NCBI GenBank assembly: GCA_043228905.1
Contig: JBHGNT010000001.1
Coordinates: forward strand, 37,262,001-37,326,000
Source: Azolla caroliniana
Taxonomy: Eukaryota > Plantae > Polypodiophyta
DNA: 64,000 nucleotides
Direction: 5' to 3'
Shown piece by piece: positions 1-13,682 of the stretch. Below the pieces are notes generated by a model, which did no database searches, was not told the DNA's origin, and worked only from the letters and a program-made list of their open reading frames with translations. Every line of letters starts with the position of its first letter. Within the stretch, counting starts at the first letter, position 1. The translations under genes were made by a program, and so were the position numbers.

Positions 1-470
1 CTAAAGTAAAAGGCAACAATTTGACCTATATTTATTGAGAATTAAATTGTTTTACCCTTCTCTGTAGATTTCACTATTTTACTTTAGCAGAAATTATTAT
101 AATAAACACATTAACATAGTAATGAATTATTAAAATGGTGGAGAGTGCTTTACAGAACTGTGTTCTTAGTATTCTGTTATTTATCACATGGAAAGGGATT
201 GGGCCTTGCGAGTTCCTAAGCAAAATAAGATGAGATTAACTATGAATAGTGACTGAACCCTAAACCTATTCAGGATGCATCAACGGTCAACATCATTTGA
301 GCTTATGGGAGAATGTGAGGGGGATGGAAAGAATCCTCTTTGTAAAGAAGAGATACTATGTAAACAGCCAATAAGAAGATTTTCTCTCACTGTGTTAAAA
401 AGAAATTTCTAGTGAAAATTTTCCAGGCATAGAATTACCTAATCAGTATATTCTGATTTATTTACTGCAG

Positions 471-3400
471 GGAGCAATAAGCGCTGCTGCATATGATAAA
501 GATATGAAATCATTAGTAACTGGTTCATATGATGGATGCCTTAAGTTATGGAGTCATGAGGGGCACTGTTTGGATACATTCAACAATATAACTGATTGTA
601 TCACATCTATTGCATACATACCACAAACTAGGTGTTATTGGGTTACTGGAAAAGAAAGGTGCGTTTTTCTTCATAATATAAGCCAAAGACATCTTTCAGC
701 TGTTTTGATTTATTTGGAATAAATCTTTCTGGATTTTTGAATATAAGAAATCTGAGTGAATCAAGAATTTCTCCCTTTTCCCTACTTTCTTTAAGCCTTG
801 GGGTCATATAAGGAAATGCAGCCATCCTTGTTGGTCTCGAAGAAAATGACTAAACTCATACGAGGGTTACGATAAAATAATGCGAGGTTAAATGAACTGA
901 AACTTTTGGCTCCTAAAGATCTGCAACATAAACTTGTCCAAGACGGAGAAGTTTCTGAAGTGAGGATTGTAACTTTGATATTTGGGGATGATGATTTTGA
1001 TTTTGTAATAGCAAGGATGTTGACATGATGGTCTAGGTGGGTGTGACGTTTATCGAATGACTCATTGACTGCAGATCCTATCAGCTACATTAAAGATTAC
1101 ACACAAATATGCATACTCAACCAATCGATGGGGAGCATTGTCCCCCCAACTCCCCACTTGTGCTGCCTATAAAAGTGAAGTTCTGTGTAGTCACACTGTT
1201 TGTTGTCAATGATTGTTGATGTGATAGGCCGCCTTTGATTTTGTGATAGCAAGGGTGTTGAGATGGTGATCCAAGTGGGTGTGAAGTTTATTAAAGGACT
1301 CATTGACTGCAGACCCTATCAGTTACATTAAAGATCACACACGAATATGTATACTCAACCTGCCGTTGGCGAGGATTGACCCCCCAGTTCCCAGTTGTGC
1401 AGCCAATGACAGTCAATTTCTGGGTAGTGTCCAAAGATTTCATCATTCATCACATTCTCCTGCACTATTAGGTGCTGCATTGTATAACTAATATCTGGAG
1501 AAGGAGCTACTCCCGTATGGCTGTTTAAAATGCTGAAGACTTCTGCTACTTCAAGTTGTCTGATTGCTGTTTCCACAGAGAAAAAATTCATGCATCACAT
1601 CAGGGGTCTTCATATTGATATGATATACACACATGCACACACTCATTCCTTGAAATATCTCAACTATTGATAAATCCCACGTAAATCTAGAGTTGCAGAC
1701 TACCCTAACTTCAAATCAGGATCCAAAGAGTTAAGATGAGATATTTCCTCTCATATGTATATATTGTAGCATGAAGTCATGGATGGGGACAGCTATTAAT
1801 ATTGGCAGGTGTGAAGTTAATTATTTTCTCTTGAACTTTCTGATAAATCATCATTTTTTAATCTATATTTTTGAAATCAACATGAAAGTTTAGAGGTGTA
1901 CTTTATCTTCGCAAAGGTATCCTATCATCATCGATGCATTGGCTCCTGCCAATGTTACAGATTGGGTGGCAGATACTTGCTCATTTCGTGATCTTCCTCT
2001 GTCAAAGGTAAGGAAAGTTTTTATCTTTTTCTTCTAAGCATGTAATGTTTTAATAGTGTCATTTTATGGATTCAGGTATTTCATGCTCGAGACACAGATG
2101 TTGCAATTGGACTCACCACAGATAGGGAGATAATTGTGTGGAGATATAATAACTTTGGTCCACATCGTGTTTTGCGAGGCCACAGTGATTGGGTTGAAAC
2201 AGTTATAGTTGCCCATAGGAAACAGACTAAGATAAAGGCCGATGCAATGAAAGCCACAGCTTCGATAAAGAAACTGTATGCCTACATTTTCATCATGTTC
2301 AACATGTTTTAGCTGTTCTTATTCCACTGCAACAATTTCAGCTGATCAGGGAGGGGCAATAATTATGTGAAACTAACAGGTGTTCGTTTTCTTGGAAATT
2401 AGGTTTCCATCGTTTTCCAAGGATTACGAAAAAATTGAGATGAAACTTGGTAAAGACGATTTTATTCCTTATGATGTTGAAGTTTACAGTGGCGGTGGTG
2501 ATGGAGCTGTTTTAAAGTGGCAGAATGACAGTACCTTAAAAACCTGGGCACGTTCAGAATTAGGTCCATCATTACAATACCCTATAATATGTATGCTATA
2601 CCAACAGGAGCTGGATATTCTCATTACAGGTATTTTCTCTGAGTTCCTACACGTGTTTTTCAATATATATAAATTTCAGCTTTTAAAGGTAGAGAATTAA
2701 TTTTATATATCTATTGTGATGATAAACTTTAGTTGTTGTGTGATGAGACTTTTCGGTTTGTGTACATTTCAAACGAACGAACAATGCCATTATCCATTTT
2801 CATCATCTGAATGCATACCAATACTTCTTTGCTAACTTTTGACAGTCTCTATTAATTCTTTTATGCTAATCTTTTCACAGTTCCTAATTTTCTTTCTTAG
2901 ATAGCTCTGTTAGCTATTAATAAATCTTTGTCAAAACAAATTCAAGAAAGTTAAAATTTTCAAGTCGCAAAATTCTATGATGGTTCTGTTGTAGACACCT
3001 ATGGAGGACTTTTGGCATGCAGCTAATATAACTTCATTGTTATAGGTTCTGAAGATTCCAAGGTCAGGGTTTGGCATTTAGATGGTTCAATAGGTGTTTC
3101 TAGAATGAAGAAAGCAGCTCAAGCGGCTGTGCAGGGTCCAGATGTTTTAAAAGGACATACTGGAAAAATAACCTCACTGGCCGTTTGTAATAATAATGTG
3201 AGTATTGATTGCAGTGCCACCTTAACAAAAGATTGCTAAAATGAAACCTAAATTAGTCTGAAATTTAAGAAACATTAGCCTAAAACACTGGTTGTTTTCT
3301 TACGGTATACTTTCTTGAATATGCAGATTTTAGTTTCTGGGTCTCATGATAAAAGTTTGCGCTGGTGGGACTTGAAATTGTGTTTTCCATTGGACACAAT

Positions 3401-4494
3401 TGAATATGCACATGACCTACCAATTCAGGTGTTTCCCTCCAAAATCATACTAAAGTATTGAAGTTTTTCATCGTTTTATGATGATTGTACACTAGTGAGA
3501 ATTTGTTTTATGCTGTTGCCCCAAAATTGTACTAAAGTGGAAGTGTTGCAGAGTGTTCTAATACATGTTGTCTTTAGCACCATTTTAATTTTCGATAATC
3601 AATGATCATTGTTGTGTATAGGGCTTAGAATATTGCACCAAAACTGATGAACTTGCTTCTTGTGCTGGAGAACCTGGATTCAAAATCTGGAATGCGACCA
3701 AAAGAACGCGATTGAAGAGTGTTTCAAGTACTGTTGGAGATATCATCATCGTGAGTGTATATCAATGCACAAATAGTATATAATATTAGTCTAGCCTCAA
3801 TTGAGCACACGCCGAACACACTTTATGGAAAATGTTCCCGGGTTTTTAGGTGAAATGGTGCAATATGGATGAAGGGTACTGGTTAACAGCCGCTGATGAT
3901 GGAACTATTGCATTATGGGATCCCTTATCATTATGCCCCATCCGGTCGATATGCTACCGAAAAGAGCATGTAACCGCTCTCTTAGTGGATGAAGACAACA
4001 TGTTGTTGCTTGTTAGTATGCAATCAGACTATGCGATAAAAGCATATAAGCTTGATTTAACAGGAGAAGAAGTGTGCACATATACAGGACACACTGAACA
4101 AGTTCATTCTCTTGCCTATCTAAGCAACATGAAGCAATATCTTTCTGGTTCATGGGATAACTACATCAGGATATGGCTTGCGCCATCAAATCCAGATATG
4201 GTTGATAAGAAGCTTAGCAACGAAGGGAGTGTTGTCAATAAACCAAAAGAGGCAGAGTTTGTGCAAGAGGTTACGTATGTTAGCGAATATGAAAGAGAGC
4301 ATCCCCTTGTAATACCAAAACAATTGCAAGAAGTGAGAGCAAATATTCCACCAGACAAGGCTCTCAAGCAATCAAGCATTTGCAATAATGGTCAATCTTC
4401 AAAAATAGTCGGACAAAATGAACTGGTAAGACTGCCCCCGTTGGTTTTCAAGCTTGCAAGCCTTGAGAAATCGCTTAATGAACATATCGTGTGA
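471..4494 (+). CDS. WD40-repeat protein, multi-exon, 5' end probably outside window or unresolved
   Basis: Phase-consistent GT-AG exons: 471-658, 1917-2007, 2076-2275, 2403-2629, 3046-3197, 3327-3428, 3622-3750, 3850-4494. Translation shows repeated WD motifs: TGSYDGCLKLW, LRGHSDWV, GSEDSKVRVW, LKGHTGKITSL, SGSHDKSLRWWD, YTGHTEQVHSL...SGSWDNYIRIW. Confidence 0.9.
1008..1360. repeat. Diverged local direct duplication in WD40 intron (copies ~1008-1121 and ~1247-1360)
   Basis: tagcaagg.tgttga.atg...gactcattgactgcaga.cctatcag.tacattaaagat.acacac.aatatg.atactcaacc occurs twice, ~239 bp apart. Confidence 0.85.
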
Positions 4495-7400
4495 CATCCC
4501 ATTACACATTTAACTTTACAACCAACCATCAAAAGTGATCGTATGCCATCTCACATCAAACAGAAAGCTTCTCTTTATTTCTGCATGGTGATATGGAATC
4601 TCAATTCTTGAGAAAAGAGAGGTTAGTGTATACTAAACATATCCTCAAATAAATCATTTGGACAAACTTAAGGAATTGTGAAAAGAGAGGTTAGTGTAAA
4701 GAAAGCTACACATACCTTTTAGATAAATCATTTTGACAAACTTAGGTTGCTTGTAAAAGTGACCTTTATTGTATGTAGAGATGTTTCGAAGTATTGCAAC
4801 TTGAGATATCTTGTTGTCATAAGAACATTACATGCTGGCCTTTTAGATGTTGTAAATTTAATGATGAAGGATTTGAAATGACATCTTTATTATGAAATTG
4901 TTTTTGTTGCGTTTTGTGTTCTAGATCGACAATATTGTATATTGCAAATAATATCCTGTTTTACTTTTATATACAAAACAATGTGGTCATGGATCCCCAT
5001 TATGAACCATGATGTAAATAAAAGACGGTTGAAGAGCTGGGGTCGTAATGGCGGTGGCTTCCTTATTTGCAAAGTGATGTGAGATATGCCTTATTTTCTC
5101 TAACAATGTGAAACTAACCGAAATCATTCCCCATTGGTAGGTCGATATTTGCTCCATAGCACAAATCCATGACCACATTCTCATGCTCAACTTGCAAAAG
5201 CTGAGCGTTTGGAAGTATCAATGATGTGCAATGTGGAGTCCATAACTATATATAGGCACTTGTTGGTATCCTTGAGTTAGGATAAACCATCTTGGTCTAC
5301 AGCTTGCATTGTGCACAATAGAAGAGGTTTCACTCTTTTGATTGTTAAGTTACAAGTTTATTAGTGTAGCATGTAGATTTGGAAATTTTCCCTCTAAAAT
5401 GATGATTTGAAACCCATATGAGTGAGTTTTTGTGCTCTTGAATATATATATATATATATATATTTCTGATTGATGGAAACAACCAAATATCAATAAAGAA
5501 CTATATCAATTACTATAATTTTTGCTCAATGAAGTGATATGCCTTTGTAAATATACAATTATAAATGCAATTATGTTTCTTTTGTTTTTGAATGAGGTTT
5601 TAGACATTGTCCGTATTTGCAAAATTGACATGCATTGGCATTTTGTTTAAGTTTGATTTGACTTATATTAGGAATGTGACACTTCCCATTGTCTTGGCTA
5701 CGTCCATCCCTCAAATGTCGTTATATTCCATCCTTCACATATAAAATTTGTCTCATGGTTGTGATATCCAAGCATTGAATAACTACTTTTGTTGTGGGAT
5801 AGCCCATTAGGCCCTCAAAAAGCAACAAATAAAGGATAACGCCTCTAATATGATGTTGTTGTCTAGTGAGCCTTATTCATAAAGTGGTATTATTCGAATG
5901 CTTTTAAGGGAAAGAGGCAATTTAAAATCACCTTTTTAAGTGCTACTTAGAGTATCTAAGTAGAACACTAACACATTCACCCAAGTTTTCCAGCCTTGAT
6001 CCAAGGAATTATAATTAAAAGTAGAGTTACATTTGCCTCTCTCTTCAACCCATTTGAGTAAACATCACCTCTCATTCTCCTTGCAACATGGATTTCTTTC
6101 CCCCGAACCTAAACGCAAGTGTTTGTGACTTTCCTAACCTATCTTATTTTATAATTTCAGGTACCATAACAACTGGTTCCTTATTATAATACAAAATTTC
6201 AACAAATTCAGATTTGTTTACTTTCAAATGTGGTAGGATGATAATATCTCATCAAAACGAAAACTATTGGGATTTGGCATAAATCAACCATAGAATAGAG
6301 ATGCCACATACTAAATTGCATGATGTGCTAAAAAGCATCCACATACACAACCTGGATATTTATTTTGAGTGTAGAGATGTGATCTTAGGTGCGTGTACCT
6401 GGATGTGATAGTCTCGGGGGTTGTCCTAGTGTTGATCTATGCATGAGCTTGAACAAGTGATATAGGTGGCGGGTTGCACATTCCTCCTGTAGTTTCCATC
6501 ACATCTTGCTTAATTTGGGTTACAATGAAGAGCACAAACTTTAGGCAATTGCAAAAATTGATCGATGCATCATGGAACAAGTATTGTTAAACAAGTTATT
6601 ATCATTAATGATAAGCCATTGTTTTGTTGATAAAATTTGTCAAAGCAAGAGCAATTAACGAGACATTATGGGTGATGTACATCATCATGCTCGACACTTA
6701 TCTTTTATGAATGGTATATGGCTATTTTGCATCATGCATGATCAATAGATGTTGATGCATACAATAAGGAAGTTTGGAGCACTACTTAGGTTTATCTTGG
6801 AGATGGATGAACAAAGGGAAGAATTGAGGATAAATTATGGGTGATGTACATCATGCATGATTCCTAATTTCATGAACAATATATAGCTATTGTGCATCGC
6901 TTGGGATCAATAGATGTGCATGGATACAATAAGGAAGTTTGACGCACTACTTCACATTATCTCAGGAATGGATGAACAACGGCGAGGAAGGTGCTATAAT
7001 GTCAAAAACTATTGCAACTAATAGGGTCATAAAAGTCTCGACAAGGATATGACAAACTTATGGTTGCTTCTATCGTACAAGTGAGAACGTATGTCATGTA
7101 GCAAGAAACATGAGCAATATGGCAATTATTTATAATAAAAGTCGCTTGCGTAACTATTTTTCATCCAAGAGAAGGGAGTCGAAATTCATATTCGAGGAAA
7201 ATGTATTGTCCATGTAGATTCTATGCAAATAACCCATGTGAAAGTGCATAGTGGGCATACCCATGATCCATTGAATCTTCAACCGGAATGTTATTAGACC
7301 AACATATAGGGCTTCGCACTCACAAAGAGCGCATGCCAATAATGATTCCACGATTCTTGAAGTATGTAACATAGGCATGAGAACTAAAAAAAACAAGCTA

Positions 7401-8060
7401 ACACCATGAGACAATCCATAGGCTACGTTTGGCAAATTCTGAGGTGAATTAGACCAATTATTGTCGCTTTGCCATATTGTAATGAATCCACCTAGTATTG
7501 TTGCCGAGTGTGTGTGAAACAAGCAGAAGGAAGGCGAGGTTCATGAGTCGTGGATGGAAGCCTAACAATGTTGACAATACAACTACATCTCATTCGGAAG
7601 GGTATGGATGGATGGGCGGATTTGATTTAAATAAAAGATGGGTGGGTGACGTGCTAAAATGCGGGCCCTCGACAGACTCACTTGGGAACTTGTTTGTGGG
7701 CGGCCAACTTGTTGTAGGGCAGTGAAGTGGAGGAGTGTTAGTTAAAGTCTCTCTATTTCCATGGGTGCTGATGGCTGTCTCTCCCTGTCTTGTGACCATT
7801 TTTACAACTACTTACTTACCTTTGGACTACCGTGTGATTATTATGTAGTACACAATGAGAATGTGTACACACACACACACACACACACACAACTAGCGCC
7901 TCAGCGAGAGCGATAATGGCTGATTGCCATTGCCATTGCCATTGCTTCGTAAAGTGAGATGATGAGATCATCATCATTCTTCATTTCCATTTCTTATAAT
8001 ATATGTATATATATGTATATAACCATTTCGTACGGTCTCCAGATGTTTTCATGTTGTTCA

Positions 8061-8355
8061 GGTCAACCCTAACCCTAACGCTAACCTTGGTCTTCTACTT
8101 TCGCAGAGACCATAATCCTTTTCCTAAATCTGAATTCTCAGCTTTTGCAGAAAATCTAACCTTAACCCGAATCTGGGTTCTCTAAATTGACAGGAATCCT
8201 AACCCTAATACATTTCCTCTTTACGAAATACCTTAACCTCAACAAGAGTCCACTTGTTTGACAGAGAGGTTAACCATAAGCGTAAACAAAGTAGAGCCTT
8301 AACCGTAACCCCAAATCCAGTTTGATTGAAATAAAAACCCTAACAATAACCCTGC
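8061..8355 (+). promoter_or_regulatory. WRKY proximal promoter/5'UTR with W-box and telobox-like cluster
   Basis: GGTCAA (reverse W-box TTGACC) at 8061-8066, followed by many AACCCTA/TAACC motifs (aaccctaaccctaacgctaacc; aaaaaccctaac). Confidence 0.45.
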
Positions 8356-8371
8356 GAATGATCGCTTCCGC

Positions 8372-11300
8372 ATGGCATTTACAGACAATAATCGAGGAGA
8401 AGGAGCTCCCCCCACACTGCCATCATTGATGGTCCCTTTTCGAGACCCTTCAGAGGACTTCCAGAAGAAGGAAAATTCAGACATAAGCCCAAGTCCCATG
8501 ACAAAGCTTCTGGCTAACTTCTTTGATGATCATCACGAGGAAGAACCAGCGGTTAAGATTGAGTCATTCTCTCATATGCCTATGATGCCCATGTCTAATG
8601 GGCCAACATCTGGGAACAGAGAAGGTGGGAGCGGTCTCACATCAGAATCTTTTCTGATGGAATCCACATCCGAATGTTTTCCAATCCTAATTTCTTCGTC
8701 TGAATCTTTTCCGACAGCGACATCTGCATCAGAAGGTCCTGCAACGACACCCACATCAGAATCTTTATCTATGGAATCTTCGTCCATATCTATGCCCAAA
8801 TTGGAATCATCATGGATGGGATCCACATCGAATTCTTTGTCAGTAGCACCCAAATCAGGATTGTTGTTGAGAGCATCTGCAAGGAATGAATCTTCATCGA
8901 TAGTAGCACTGACATCAGAATCTTCGTCAGTAGTAACAACCACATCAGAATCTTTGTCAAGGGTAATGGAATCATCGTTACCCACACATGTAGCAACTAC
9001 TCTTGGGCTCAAGGGATCAGCGATTAATGAAACTGGGCGAAGATCTAATATTGCTCGATTCAAGACAATGATGCCAGCCCGGATCCCTATCCCGAGATCA
9101 CCCTATTTAACCATTCCTCCTGGGTTAAGCCCTGCTGCTCTGCTTGATTCCCCTGTTCTTCTATCAACAAGCCAGGCAAGGTTTTGAAGCTTCTTTAGAT
9201 TTTCAATGTTTTTTAGGTTTTGAACGTGTTTGTAAGTTTTGAATGCTTTTGAAAATGAAACATAATTTCCTTTTATGTTTAGATTGTCAATCTTATGCAT
9301 GAACCGAGTGCTCCTTATCAGTGAAAGGGAGACATCTTCAAGGAAATAAAAATCTTAGACATGTCTAAAATGCTGCTAGATATCATGGAAATCATAGCGA
9401 GAAAACTTTGATAAGAAACGTATAGAAATTTCAAAAAAGATTGCAACCTTCATTTAAGTCTGAGCAAGAAAACTCTTAGAAGTATAGCAAATTCTAAAAA
9501 CCTGCAAGATTTCATGGAACTCTGCAGAAGGAAATTTAGAAATGTCTATAATGCTGCAAGATTTCATGGAATTTTCAAGACAGATTCAAGAGAGCAGGAG
9601 TGGCAAAACATAGAATGGCTTTGATGTATAAGGAATCTATTCTGATTCTATAACTATGTTTTATGAACTTAGGTATGAACATATAAGAGGATCAAAGTCT
9701 AAAGGTTAACCAATTTTGACTTTGCAAACCTAAACAGACTTCCTAAGAACTATTCAAAATAGATGGTTATACCTGATGTTATAACTATCTATAATGAGTC
9801 CGGAAGGAAACTGTAGGAGTGACAGATTCATGATTTCCATTTCATTGGATTTGTAGAATTGAAGCAGAGGTACAGATTTGCAACACAAAGAAAATATTTT
9901 TCTTGACTCTTTTAAATTGATGACAGGCGGAACCATCACCGACGACAGGGACTTTTCCATTGCCTCGAATTGGTCAAAGCATGAGATTGGAGACATCTGA
10001 TACCGCTAAAAAAGGATCAAATGAGGACAGTACGAATGTACCTTTTTCATTCAAGTCGGTGTCCAATATCAACAAGAACCCTCCGTCACCTCTTTCGAAG
10101 TTGGTCAGTATTTTCTTTGTTTTTATCGATAGATGCATTTTAGAGAGGATAGGTATTAAAAGTGTTATTAATGTCCTAGTAGGGTATTTCACAGCTACAA
10201 AAAACGGAATTACAGATTGGCGCACAAGCATTATCGTCATTGCAACCACCAATATTATCACGCACCGATTCAGCACCATTTACACAAACATTAGATCAAT
10301 CTATTGGACTGTCAGTATCGTATTGTGATGCACCTGAAGTTGTATCACCTCCTCAGCTTTCACTATTTTCCGAAAATGTGAAAGTCATAGAGTCTTCTAT
10401 GGTATCTGAGCCAGTCATTCAGTCACTTCCTTTAGCCAATCTTCATGCAATTGAAAGGCCCTCAGAAGATGGATATAACTGGAGAAAATATGGTCAGAAA
10501 CAGGTAAAGGGGAGCGAGTTCCCCCGAAGCTATTATAAATGCACTCATCCTAATTGTCAGGTAAAGAAGAAACTGGAGCGTTCACATGATGGACACATTA
10601 CAGAAATTATCTATAAAGGTGAACACAATCATCCAAAACCACAATCAACAAGAAAATCATCAGTAGGGGCAAATGGAAGTAGTAAAGAAGGATTATGTGT
10701 TGTAAGTCATAATGCTGATAGCCATGACCATAAGATTGAGATGTCTGTCTCAAGGGGACAGATGGGAAGTGTTTCAAATGGAACTCCAGAACCCTCTTTG
10801 GGCTCCACCAGTGACATTGAAGTTGAGGGTGAGGCTAGCAAAGATGAGAATAGAGATGATGGTGATGAACCTGATTCCAAGCGCAGGTACTCTCTTGAGT
10901 CAGAATGTATTTTCAATTTGGTGGTTTTATTTTATGCTATATTAATGTTTGTGTCAATGTTCAGGAGGGATAGTTTCGGGGAGGTTCCATTAAATTTGCC
11001 TTTGCGAACTTCTCGTGAACCGCGTGTAGTTGTTCAAACAATAAGTGAGGTTGATATTCTTGATGATGGTTATAGATGGCGCAAGTATGGACAGAAAATT
11101 GTGAAAGGGAATCCTCACCCGAGGTATGTTCCCTCACCCAAGTTAATTGCCGAAAAGTGTTTTGTTTTGGGGTTCTCATGTTTTAAATATAAATGGGATT
11201 ATTATTTTGAAAGATTTCCAGCTTGGATACTTATATACATGAGTATGTGTGAATGGAAACATAACAGACCTTAAGTTTCCGTCTTGATATAGTAATCCTC

Positions 11301-12086
11301 ATGCCATAATGTCAGGGAGAGTAGGTAGATGAACTTTGGAGTGTGTCAAGATGATGTTTTCTTATTTCTTGCTTCTATTATTTAGTGATGACAGGCAGTG
11401 GGAACTCTGATGACATTATGATTATGAGCTGGAACTGAATTTAGCTTTCAGCTTTTTTAGATTGTAACTTCATTTGTCCAAATTCCGAATAAAAATAGCA
11501 GCAACTAATTAGAAATTGTTTCGAATGCAGGAGCTACTACAAATGCACAAACATTGCGTGCTCGGTTCGGAAACATGTTGAAAGATCATCAACAGATCGG
11601 GGAGCCGTTATAACCACCTACGAGGGGAAGCACAACCATGATGTGCCGGTTGCAAAGAACCGGCACCATGACAATTCTACTTCATTGATTGGATCATCTC
11701 TCTCTCACCCTCATGCTAATAGTGCCATCATTGTGTCATATGCGAATTGTAATGTTATTCCGAGTACAGTGTCTCTTTCTCTTCAAGGTCCGTACTCATT
11801 GATAGAGAATATGGGGGGAGATAGATTAAAGGTTGATGGGTCAAATGTTCAAATAATGCCTATTGAGCTGGCTAGAGATCATCAAGGGATTTCAAGCTCT
11901 TTGGTTCAAGCATCAATGGGCCTTCTGGACTCAGCTATGAATAGAGAATCATTACAAGGATCAGAGGATTTGGGTCACGGATTGATGGCTAGACCCAAGG
12001 AGGAGAAGGTTGAAGGTAGCAGTAGCTCTTGGCCTTCATCGTTCATAAAATCATCCTTAATCCAACAGTTATCACAAGGTTCTTGA
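8372..12086 (+). CDS. WRKY: Group I WRKY transcription factor (two WRKY domains, WRKY2/20-like)
   Basis: Exons: 8372-9175, 9927-10103, 10183-10886, 10965-11123, 11531-12086. Two WRKYGQK + C2H2 domains ([25 protein letters not shown]; [12 protein letters not shown]...PR|SYYKC...YEGKHNH), with the conserved PR intron. N-terminal SP cluster [17 protein letters not shown]...AEPSPTTG. Confidence 0.96.
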
Positions 12087-13682
12087 AAGAATAGCAGTAG
12101 CCACTGTCCAGCATTTGTATTTTAATACCAATAATAAATGCTGTAAGGGTATAAGCTCACACATTCAATAGATTTGGATATAATTTATAGACATCAGAAT
12201 TATATTTGCTCATAGAAATAACATTTATAACAATGCATAATGTGTTGACAATCAAAAGAAGCTGTGAAAGGCAGCCAACTTAACAGAATCCGAAATACTC
12301 CCTTTTATATACATCTCAATCCCATTTCGAGCTCTACATTCTCTTCATTTGGAAGTGTCACTATTATTATTGGAAACACTTAGTCTTAAAACAAAACTGG
12401 GCTAAAGTTATAGAGGTTTGTTATGATTTCGTCCAAAAATAGAAATGTTAATGATTCTCACGATAGGAAAATGTGTGAAAGCCATAGGCTCTCTAGAAAA
12501 AGTGAATGAAATAATGGAGAGTATGAAAGAAGCTACCTAAATACTATTATTTCTTATTGATTAGAATAGCTAATACTCCAAGAAAGAATAGAAAACACTT
12601 TATTCTTGGTTCCACTTTATCCTTTGTCGAGTCAAGAATCTTCATTGAAGGGGATAACCTTACAATTATACTCATAGACATTGGTATTGGTTGAATGGCT
12701 TCTTTCTCTAACTTGGAATTATGGTTTCAATACTTCACTATTTAGTGACAAATTTGATTAAGACGATTGGTTTTCTGCATGACCACATATATGTTTTAGG
12801 TTCAACTAAAGTTAAACTCATTAACCATGGAGGGTTGATAAAATCATTAACTTATTCATTGAATGACTTAAGACTTGTTTTCTCCATTTTATAATTCTCT
12901 ATTCATTGAGCCATTTGATTCAAATGATTGATATTGGGCATGATATAATTATTTTGGGTTGAGCTAGATCGAATGAAATGGTACAAAGGTTAACCTCATG
13001 ATCAATCAATGTTGATAAAGTCACTTTTCTAAGTTTGGCACCTACTAGTTTTTTGAAGTAATGTAGGATATGTTTTTGCACATATTAGTGTAAACTAGTG
13101 AATGAATCATGAAAGCAAACTTTTCTATTTCCTTGGAAATGCTTTGGAAGTATGTGTGTCATACATATTTTATGAACACACCCTTAAGGTGTAGGTTACC
13201 TATTTACTAAATGTTAGGGATATCATGTATAATGTTTTAGAGAAAATTTAGTCCTTAGAAACTAGAGGGCAATCATAATGTACATAGTACATATAAATTC
13301 CTAATCACACACACACTCACTCAAATAAATGGCTTTATAAATCGGCTGTACAAGGAATTTGTTCATGATATTCTTGTCCTCATACACTATGCACAAAGAA
13401 GATATCTCATTTGAAATGGGCCAGAGCTTTAAACTTGCAACTAAAGTGACTTGCATGCTACTATTGTCGTATAGAAAAAAAATTCACATGTAAGAGAAAA
13501 TGGCATTGTCAACGCTCGAAAGAAAGCTATTGGTCATCATGCAACTACAATGGAAATAATTAGAAGTGCTTTTACAATTTTCAGGTGGGTGGAGGAACCA
13601 ATTATGGCTACTTATCATGCATATGAGCAAACTTATCATGAACATGTAAATAAAATTTAATAGTGACTCTTTCTTAGAATAT

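Noticed and set aside
8572-9063. 163-aa antisense ORF with DKDSDV repeats
   Set aside because: It is the reverse-strand shadow of the WRKY TSES repeat and has no independent evidence.
10961-10973. TCAGGAGGGATAG, identical to part of miR390
   Set aside because: Only 13 nt, in sense orientation, spanning a WRKY splice acceptor, with no hairpin.
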